Below are positions 9,101 through 14,701 of a stretch of DNA of 14,701 bases, piece by piece. The translations under genes and the position numbers were made by a program. The notes under the pieces were generated by a model that saw only the letters and a list, made by a program, of their open reading frames with translations, was not told the origin of the DNA and did not search any database. Position 1 is the first letter of the stretch, and each line of letters opens with the position of its first letter. This DNA is from Candidatus Sumerlaeia bacterium (lineage in GTDB: Bacteria > Sumerlaeota > Sumerlaeia > SLMS01), in the NCBI GenBank assembly GCA_038208905.1, contig JBBQYG010000096.1, positions 1 through 14,701 of the forward strand, given 5' to 3'.

Positions 9101-12100
9101 CCCAATAGCGTCTGCCTCGATTCTTTCTTCGGCTCGCGCAAGGGTGGATTTGCACTCGATCAGGGCTCCGTGAGCCCACCCAATGCTCTCGTCTTCAACG
9201 ACGAAGCCACCTGCACCTACGGGTGCGGCTCCGCGGTCCGCGGCGTCGCCCGCAAGCTTGAGGTGATTTCGATCCCCGCCGTCGCCCCCGAACTCTACAT
9301 CGGATTCTGGGAGTTCGCCGACGTGGACGGCCTGGGTACCAAGGGCGCTGTTCTGGGCACCGACATCCGTACCGTGGAGGTCACCGACGACGGCGGGGCG
9401 ACGTGGACAGAAGTGTACAGCCAGGAGGACAGTACCGGCGGCTGGAACTATGTCTATCTCCCCATCCCCCAGTACGAGGGGAAGAACATCGAGCTTCGCT
9501 TCATTTTCGACAGTGTGGACGAGTTCGATAACCTCCACCTCGGCTGGTATGTTGACAATGTCGAGGTCACTTGGCGCGTGGACGACTTCCTGTGCGACAC
9601 CCCGACCCCCACCCCGACCGCTACTCCCACGGCAACTGTAAGCCCCACGATTTCCGCAACCCCCACCGTTTCGCCCACCGCCACTCCCTTCAGCACGCCC
9701 ATTTGCCCGGTCGTGATCGATACTCCGGTACCGACGATAACGCCCACGCCGAGCGCCACGGCCACCGCCATCGCCGGGTTCGCCTGCCCCGCGTGGAGCG
9801 GCGATACCGAGAACGACGCCTCGACAAGCGATTGCTTTGGACCCGGGAATTGCGATGGTCGCATCGACCCGGGCGAGGAGGGGACTTTCGACCTGTACCT
9901 CGACTATCCCAATGCACCCGGCCAGAACAACGTGTTCGCCACGTTCACCACGACCGACCCGCTTGTCAACATCCTCAGCGGTGTGGTGAGCTACGGCTCG
10001 GCCTTCCCGAATTCGAAGATGTTCCCCTTCGATTCCGTCAGAATCGTTGTCGATCCTTCGCGCGATTGCGAGCCGATCATCTTCGACGTCGCCATCACAT
10101 CGGACGAGTCGAGCTGCAACTTCCAGGTGGCCTACGCCCTCGGCACCCGCTTCAGCTTTAGCGGCTCAGTTTCCTTCGATACGATGGATGACCCAGCCAA
10201 CTGGACGATGACCGGGTATTGGCACATTCAAGACCAGAGCCGCTGCCCCATCATCGAGTTGGACCAGACCAACCACATCACCTTCCCCAACACGCTCACC
10301 TTCAGCGACGAGGACACTTGCTCGTTGAACTGCGGCACCCCCGTTCGCGGCTCCGCCACACAGGTATTCAGCACCCAAATACCCTCCGACTCCCAATTCG
10401 CGTATCTCACGTTCTGGCAACTGGCCGATGGTCCACCGCCATTCCTCAAGGCCGGGGAGAAGGGCGCCGCCATTGAAACAAACCAGCGGATCATCGAGGT
10501 TTCTCCCGACTTCGGCGTCACCTGGGTTCAGGTTTACTACGCCGCCGTCAACAACACGACCGCCTGGCAGTACGAATACGTGGACATCTCCCAGTTTGTC
10601 GGTGAAGAGATCATCGTGCGCTTCATCTACGATACGGTGGACGTCAACGACGACGGCGGCATCGGCTGGTACATCGACGACTTCGAGATCGGCGCCGAGT
10701 TCAGCTTCTATACCTGCGACGGAGTTGTTGGCACCCCCACCCCGACGCTGACGCCTTCGCCGTCGCCGAGCGTCAGTGCCACCCCAACGGTCAGCCCCAC
10801 CATCAGCCCAACTTTCACCGCCACGCTTTCCCCGACCCAGTCGTCCACACCGACGCCGTTCGTCACGCCCACCTGCCCCGATGGCGGCACCACCGTTGTT
10901 CTCACGCTGACGCCTTCCCCCACGTTCACCTCCACGCCGACGCCCACCGTCTCCATAACGTTGAGCCCCTCCGTGACCGTTTCCGCGACGATCACCACCA
11001 CGCCGACTCTGACGCCCACGATTACAGCAACCGTCACGCCGACGCTCACCCCGTCGATCACGCCGACGCCGACTGGAACCACGGGAATTCCGACGCCCGA
11101 TGTTGGCGGCACGTCGCCCGGCGGAGTGGTTTGCCCGACCGGCACGCCCTATACGCCAGCGCCCACGTCGACGCCTTCACCCAGCCCGACGCTTGCGGTC
11201 ACGGCCACGGCATCGCCCACCGCATCGGGACCGACGATCGTCTCCGTCACTGCGGATGGGAATACCATCAGCGTCAATCACGCCGGCATCCTGGACCCGC
11301 CTAGCCGGCGCCACTTCATCGCCGTCTGGTATCGCCTCCTCAATACTCAGGGCAATCCATGGGTGTACTTGGGCTTCCGCGAGTACACCGCCGGCCAGAC
11401 GCTCGCCACCGCAGCGTGGCCGCCGCTTCCCGACAGCCGCTACCAGCTCGCTGCCCGCATCTGGCAGGATGGCCCTGGCTGGATCACGCCGTCGGTCTTT
11501 GGCGAGTTCACGGACCTCGAGGCCGAGTATCCCGAGATCGGTTCCGTGGTCTTCGATCCGGAGACAAACGAGATCGTCGTGAACTTCTCCCGCACCGGCA
11601 AACTCACCTCCGCCATTGGCATCTGGCATCGCAAGGTCATCCCCAGCGGCGCCCTGGTTCCGCCGGTTCAGTCCATCGCCGACGGCGCATGGACATATCA
11701 GCTGAGGTCCTATCCGTTCCTCACCACCGAGATGCGTATTCCGCTCGATCCGGGAAGCGACACCTACGAACTGGCCGCCGCGCTCTACGTCCCCGGGGCT
11801 GGATTCTTCCTCCCTTACACGTTCGGCTTCGCCACCCCGGAGACGCTCGCTTATCCGCGCCTCACGGGCATTATCGCCGAGGCCCGCAACGCACGCGCCA
11901 TCGCCATCACGAATCCCGTCGGCAACATTCCCTGCAAGATCGGGTTCTGGTTCCGCGAAGTTGACGAGTCCACCTGCGAAGCCGCCTGCGAATGGCGCTT
12001 CGTTGGCTTCACGCCTTACGATCCGCTCACCCGCTTCTCGTCGGTTCAGTGGTTCTCGCCCAACATCAACGGCAAGTACGAAACCGCCATGCGCCTCTTC

Positions 12101-12256
12101 CTCGACGACTCCGCGGGCAGCGGCTTCGTGGACTTCTTCTCGCCCTTCGTCGTCATCAGCGACCGTTGCAACCTGACCGGCGCGGCCGGCGCCGGCGCCA
12201 AGGTCTTCACAGACGCCGAGTATCCCTACGACCTCCCCAAGGGGCCGTGGAACTAA
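6185..12256 (+). CDS. Large secreted modular surface protein (adhesin- or S-layer-like), 2023 aa
   Basis: RBS AAGGA 6171-6175; Sec signal with A-P-A|Q cleavage (6185-6286); propeller-like blades (RALAVHP, DLAVRPDG, GLAFD, AMTWD); three GNxD..[DN]PGE Ig-like + W-H...Asp-box...GWY[IV]D[DN] beta-sandwich modules; three Pro/Ser/Thr linkers; three C-terminal repeats. Confidence 0.9.
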   Translation: MTPKNAHSAVGLLTKLAATTLIAGMSAIWNGAPAQTAPDPVGSVLLVTTANSLTVFRIDSATGVQISQVTPDIGFRPPITFFRALAVHPVNGEVFAIGSDGTINGQFLYRLSPDLLSGAPVRKLDAVYSDLAVRPDGEIYFLSEDLRNIITIFLRFNPSGPSDDLIMTLPSNGTGEGLAFDQATNTLFRISGPVVVTKGTKGTLPNSPFVFQTLDPDSGAVGPELSPTGTGWNTPTAMTWDPWHAAFLVADTDQTIRRVTADGDTAFVVTLPALATGLEFELPSSACPSLVPDTQVGDGIDDSNGGNGDRNADPGEKVSLVIDLFNPSDRLLTNVIASLTPNNSGVAVPVDSVAYGDIPIGGTLGQGTPFELELDSALPCSFITFDLKVASDQGTCTISVVLPLGTLSDGLISKTYFETSFDGAREVGGTGIWHQQTDSLCTKPIGEDPWTTAPNALVFNTELNCNYKVDGQLPSGAAAFTNSFFAPDTDERLFLRWGELAFAGGDFRRILISTNGGDNFVPVYESRKDVTTWTFRSVDITEFGGQNITIGFEFQSTVFEGRTEIGWYIDDVQVVGITDSRICSTSPPTPTASPAATIPPTISATTFVPTASASPSATLPVTASPSVSPPATLPPTASPSVSPSATLPPTASPTASPSATASPSPSDSPSPSPSVSPSASATASPSASASPSPSASATPTTAPITMTPSPTISATPSSSPSASPSASPSASPSPSASATPTTAPITLTPSPTISATPSSSPSASPSASPSASPSPSASATQTTAPITPTPSPTISATPSPSPSASPSPSISATPSPTPRIVEFDQLAISTDFFEAYSIRDCATGNCDGYLNPGETADLFMDIRYVGSGSLTGVVGTLSTTDPDVTIPVDSADFDDFFPGASTAQFDPFTVAVSSARGCDPIPMTLVLSTNEGLFGINFDLPVGVNNFYYVSGSYETFDVPTSWELDSFWHIQPNSVCLDSFFGSRKGGFALDQGSVSPPNALVFNDEATCTYGCGSAVRGVARKLEVISIPAVAPELYIGFWEFADVDGLGTKGAVLGTDIRTVEVTDDGGATWTEVYSQEDSTGGWNYVYLPIPQYEGKNIELRFIFDSVDEFDNLHLGWYVDNVEVTWRVDDFLCDTPTPTPTATPTATVSPTISATPTVSPTATPFSTPICPVVIDTPVPTITPTPSATATAIAGFACPAWSGDTENDASTSDCFGPGNCDGRIDPGEEGTFDLYLDYPNAPGQNNVFATFTTTDPLVNILSGVVSYGSAFPNSKMFPFDSVRIVVDPSRDCEPIIFDVAITSDESSCNFQVAYALGTRFSFSGSVSFDTMDDPANWTMTGYWHIQDQSRCPIIELDQTNHITFPNTLTFSDEDTCSLNCGTPVRGSATQVFSTQIPSDSQFAYLTFWQLADGPPPFLKAGEKGAAIETNQRIIEVSPDFGVTWVQVYYAAVNNTTAWQYEYVDISQFVGEEIIVRFIYDTVDVNDDGGIGWYIDDFEIGAEFSFYTCDGVVGTPTPTLTPSPSPSVSATPTVSPTISPTFTATLSPTQSSTPTPFVTPTCPDGGTTVVLTLTPSPTFTSTPTPTVSITLSPSVTVSATITTTPTLTPTITATVTPTLTPSITPTPTGTTGIPTPDVGGTSPGGVVCPTGTPYTPAPTSTPSPSPTLAVTATASPTASGPTIVSVTADGNTISVNHAGILDPPSRRHFIAVWYRLLNTQGNPWVYLGFREYTAGQTLATAAWPPLPDSRYQLAARIWQDGPGWITPSVFGEFTDLEAEYPEIGSVVFDPETNEIVVNFSRTGKLTSAIGIWHRKVIPSGALVPPVQSIADGAWTYQLRSYPFLTTEMRIPLDPGSDTYELAAALYVPGAGFFLPYTFGFATPETLAYPRLTGIIAEARNARAIAITNPVGNIPCKIGFWFREVDESTCEAACEWRFVGFTPYDPLTRFSSVQWFSPNINGKYETAMRLFLDDSAGSGFVDFFSPFVVISDRCNLTGAAGAGAKVFTDAEYPYDLPKGPWN
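7043..7933 (+). repeat. Protein module copy 1 (Ig-like DPGE domain + MAM/cleaved-adhesin-like sandwich)
   Basis: GNGDRNADPGE ... GIWHQQ ... PNALVFN ... STNGGDNF ... GWYIDDV ... C; aligns by eye with copies 2 and 3. Confidence 0.75.
8033..8158 (+). repeat. Three degenerate 42-bp in-frame repeats (ATLP[VP]TASP[ST][VA]SP[PS])
   Basis: Units start at 8033, 8075 and 8117. Confidence 0.75.
8246..8605 (+). repeat. 123-bp in-frame tandem repeat, about 2.9 copies (41-aa Ser/Pro/Ala/Thr unit)
   Basis: Units start at 8246, 8369 and 8492 (agcgcgagcccttcgccttctgcctccgc...). Copies 1 and 2 differ at 7 of 123 nt. Each contains 12-bp SPSA sub-repeats. Confidence 0.92.
8642..9595 (+). repeat. Protein module copy 2
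   Basis: GNCDGYLNPGE ... FWHIQ ... PNALVFN ... TDDGGATW ... GWYVDNV ... C. Confidence 0.75.
9785..10717 (+). repeat. Protein module copy 3
   Basis: GNCDGRIDPGE ... YWHIQ ... PNTLTFS ... SPDFGVTW ... GWYIDDF ... C. Confidence 0.75.
11228..12170 (+). repeat. Three diverged ~100-aa C-terminal protein repeats (beta-sandwich/FN3-like)
   Basis: Units start near 11228, 11528 and 11852 and share Px[IL] ... I[AG]xW[YHF]R ... Wx[YF] ... Y[QE]xA ... GxG[WF]. Confidence 0.65.
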
Positions 12257-12283
12257 CGCCGGAAGCCAGCCAGCAACCAACCG

Positions 12284-12325
12284 CAAGCCGCGCAGGAGGC
12301 ACGCCTCCTGCGCGGTTTGTTTTTT
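12284..12325 (+). terminator. Rho-independent terminator of the large gene
   Basis: caagccgcgcaggagg / loop cacg / cctcctgcgcggtttg (16-bp stem with one G-U), followed by TTTTTT at 12320-12325, 27 nt after the stop. Confidence 0.9.
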
Positions 12326-12364
12326 GGCGTACTTGTGGGGCAACGCGCTTGCCGCGCATCCCCC

Positions 12365-12384
12365 GCCCGAATCACCATTCGGGC
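12365..12384. promoter_or_regulatory. Perfect palindrome GCCCGAAT-CACC-ATTCGGGC upstream of dprA-priA (candidate operator)
   Basis: 8-bp arms with a 4-bp spacer; it overlaps a weak candidate promoter TTGCCG(12349-12354)-N18-CACCAT(12373-12378). Confidence 0.45.
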
Positions 12385-12410
12385 ACTGTTCCCACGGTGC
12401 CCCGATCCCG

Positions 12411-13178
12411 ATGAGCGTTCCCAACATCCAGCAATCGACAGGCGATCTTGCCGGGCTTCCGGAGTCGCTCTCCGACGCACTGGCGCGCGCCTCACTTGGC
12501 GAGCCACCTCACTGGGCGGGCTCGCTGGAGCTTTGCGCGGCCACGCCGCGCGTCGCCATCATCGGCACGCGCAAGCCATCGCCAACGGGCCTCGCCGTCA
12601 CAGAGGCCATTGCCGGGCAGCTTGCAGCGGCGGGGGCACTCGTCGTCAGCGGATCCGCAGTCGGCACCGACATGGCCGCGCATCGGGCCGCGCTCGATCG
12701 CGGGCGCCCCACCGTTGCGATCATCCCGTGCGGGCTCGGGCGCATTCCCTGGCCCGATTGGCGCAGGCCATTCGCCGCCGTGGGGCCGGGGCCGCTCCTG
12801 CTGCTCCTCTCTCCATTCCCAATTCGCCAGATTCTTACGCGGCAGACTCCCGTCATCCGCAACCGCCTCATCGCGGCGCTGGCCCACGCGGTTGTCGTTG
12901 GCGAGGCCGGGATCAACAGCGGCACCCACCACTGCGTCGCCGCCGCGCTCGGCTTCGGAGTCCCCGTGTTCTTCCTCCACACGGGAGAAGAAGAACCGCG
13001 GCTCGCCGAGTTCCACCGCGAGCTTCAGCGCAGGGGCGCTACTCCCTTCGCCCCCGACGACGCCTGGGGGCCCGACTTCCCCAGCACCGTTTTCCGCGCC
13101 GCCACCGGAAGGGAAATACAGCTTCGCCGCGACGACGCCGCCCAACTGCGGCTCTTTCCAGAATCCAGCGCGCCATGA
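12411..13178 (+). CDS. dprA: Short DprA/SMF-family (SLOG Rossmann fold) protein, ~255 aa
   Basis: VAIIGTR, VVSGSAVGTDMAAHRAAL, TVAIIPCGL, RNRLIAALA, VVVGEAGINSGT. ATG 12411 chosen because the ORF-track start at 12324 lies in the upstream terminator. May be a divergent paralogue rather than the canonical competence DprA. Confidence 0.8.
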   Translation: MSVPNIQQSTGDLAGLPESLSDALARASLGEPPHWAGSLELCAATPRVAIIGTRKPSPTGLAVTEAIAGQLAAAGALVVSGSAVGTDMAAHRAALDRGRPTVAIIPCGLGRIPWPDWRRPFAAVGPGPLLLLLSPFPIRQILTRQTPVIRNRLIAALAHAVVVGEAGINSGTHHCVAAALGFGVPVFFLHTGEEEPRLAEFHRELQRRGATPFAPDDAWGPDFPSTVFRAATGREIQLRRDDAAQLRLFPESSAP

Positions 13179-14701
13179 GCGAGTTCCTCCCACCGCCCGC
13201 CACTGTCGCCGTCGCCCTCAACCTGCCGTTGCCCGATCCGTTTACCTACCTCTTGCCCGATGATTTCCCCGGTGGCGCTCCCGCCGTTGGAAATCTGGTC
13301 GAGGTCCCCTTTGGCCAGCGCAAGGAAATCGGCTGCGTCGTGCCTTCGCCCGCTCCCGGCGTGGAGGGCGCCACCTTCCGCCTTCGCCCCGTCGCCCGTC
13401 GCGCCTCGCCTGGCTTCTCGATTCCCGGTGAGATCGTCGATCTCGCTCGGTGGATTTCGGAGTACTACTTCTGCGGCTGGGGAGAGGCGCTTGCCACCGC
13501 CTCCATGATTGGCTTCACCGATACGGTGATCGCTGCGCGCGCGGGATACGCGCTCTCGCCCGGATGGAAAGAGGCCGACCTCACCACGCGCCAGGCCCAA
13601 GCCGCCGCCGTGCTCGCGGCGGCGGGGGAGCGCGAGCCCGCCAGCCTCGCCGAACTCGCACGGGTCGCCAACGCCTCGCCCGCCATCATCAGGAAACTTG
13701 CCGACGCCGGAGCACTGATCGAGGGCGAAATCGGCGAGGCTCCCCATATACCTCCCAGCACCGACGCGCCGCCGGAACTTCTCCCCGATCAGCGCACCGC
13801 CATCGATGCGATCGAGGAAACCCGCCGCGCGGGAAAGTTCGGCGCCTTCCTGCTCTACGGCGTCACGGGAAGCGGAAAGACCGAGGTCTATCTCCGCCTC
13901 ATTGCCAACGTCCTGGCAGAGGGGCGCACGGCCATCTGTCTCGTTCCGGAAATCGCCCTAACACCGCAGACGGTCGACCGGTTCGCGCGACGCTTCCAGC
14001 AGGAGATCGGCGTCTTCCACTCCCAACTCACCCGGCGCGACAAGCTCGTCCTTCATGCGAAGATTCGCGATGGCCGTATTCGCCTCGTCATCGGCGCACG
14101 CTCCGCCGCCTTCGCGCCGCTCCCCAACCTTGGGCTCATCGTCATCGACGAGGAGCACGAGACCAGCTACAAGCAATCCGATTCACCGCGCTACCACGCG
14201 CGCGACGTCTCCATCGTGCGCGCCAGTCGTCTCGGAATTCCCATCGTGCTGGGGAGCGCGACGCCGAGCCTTGAATCGTGGGAGAACGCCCGGCGCGGCA
14301 AGTACCGCCTCCTGCGCCTCTCCTCCCGGCCCGCCGGGCTCTCCATGCCCGAGGTGCGAATCGTCGCCATGGGCAAGGCCGCCGCGGAGGACGCATCCGG
14401 GATCAGCCTTCTCTCCAACGAACTGCGCGCCGCCATCGCCGATCGGCTCGCGCGCGGCGAGCAGACTCTTCTCTTCCTCAACCGGCGCGGGTTCTCCAAT
14501 TTCCTCATGTGCCCCTCTTGCCGATGGGTCGCGCGGTGCCCCGATGACGACGTCGTCCTCACTATTCATCGCTCTCGCGCACGGCGCGGTGGGACCGAGC
14601 CATCGGACGGTGGAGAACTGGAACTCTTCCCCGGCCCGCTGAAGGCGTCCGAGGCGTTTCTGAAATGCCACTTCTGCGGCACCAAGAGCGACTACCCTGC
14701 C
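13175..14701 (+). CDS. priA: Primosomal protein N' (replication restart helicase PriA), 3' end outside the window
   Basis: Translated by hand from ATG 13175 (ATGA overlap with the dprA stop), open for 509 codons: 3'-binding domain (PFTY, VEVPFG, WISEYY), Walker A GVTGSGKTEVY (13859-), LVPEIALTPQ, IGARSA, DEEHETSYKQ..PRYHARD (14147-), LGSATPSLES, FLNRRG and Cys-rich region. Confidence 0.96.
   Translation, partial: MSEFLPPPATVAVALNLPLPDPFTYLLPDDFPGGAPAVGNLVEVPFGQRKEIGCVVPSPAPGVEGATFRLRPVARRASPGFSIPGEIVDLARWISEYYFCGWGEALATASMIGFTDTVIAARAGYALSPGWKEADLTTRQAQAAAVLAAAGEREPASLAELARVANASPAIIRKLADAGALIEGEIGEAPHIPPSTDAPPELLPDQRTAIDAIEETRRAGKFGAFLLYGVTGSGKTEVYLRLIANVLAEGRTAICLVPEIALTPQTVDRFARRFQQEIGVFHSQLTRRDKLVLHAKIRDGRIRLVIGARSAAFAPLPNLGLIVIDEEHETSYKQSDSPRYHARDVSIVRASRLGIPIVLGSATPSLESWENARRGKYRLLRLSSRPAGLSMPEVRIVAMGKAAAEDASGISLLSNELRAAIADRLARGEQTLLFLNRRGFSNFLMCPSCRWVARCPDDDVVLTIHRSRARRGGTEPSDGGELELFPGPLKASEAFLKCHFCGTKSDYPA

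Noticed and set aside
7730..10530. Asp-box motifs (STNGGDNF, TDDGGATW, SPDFGVTW) as evidence of a sialidase
   Set aside because: Only one per module, inside beta-sandwich repeats rather than tandem propeller blades; no sialidase RIP motif in context.
11177..12427. 416-aa minus-strand ORF
   Set aside because: Antisense to the giant gene and crosses its terminator; shadow frame.
13450..14642. Plus-strand ORFs 13450-14274 and 14055-14642 suggesting a frameshifted gene
   Set aside because: PriA reads uninterrupted in the third frame from 13175; it is missing from the track only because its stop is outside the window.
14570..14665. PriA insertion as an intein
   Set aside because: Far too short and lacks the Cys/Ser start and His-Asn end splicing motifs.

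Overview
GC-rich bacterial chromosomal window with no mobile element, CRISPR array or RNA gene detected. Gene order: alpha/beta hydrolase (+), HGSNAT-like/DUF5009 membrane protein (-), FAD-dependent oxidoreductase with an SLH-like tail (+), dusB (-), a 159-aa hypothetical protein (+), a 2023-aa secreted modular protein (+) with its own sigma70 promoter and terminator, and a short DprA/SMF-like gene (+) overlapping priA by ATGA. priA runs off the window and is missing from the ORF track. The most interesting candidate system is the dprA-like/priA pair. The DprA homologue keeps only the Rossmann (SLOG) core and ends in a sliding-clamp-type motif (QLRLF). PriA has a CxxD zinc knuckle and a ~25-aa insertion containing ELELF in its Cys-rich region. 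A LexA-box-like palindrome lies upstream of the pair. The giant protein has a propeller-like N-terminus, three Ig-like plus MAM-like modules, Pro/Ser/Thr linkers and three unrecognised C-terminal repeats. It also shows co-varying cysteines and recurrent Lys-Gly loop insertions. All family calls come from motif recognition by eye; no searches were run.
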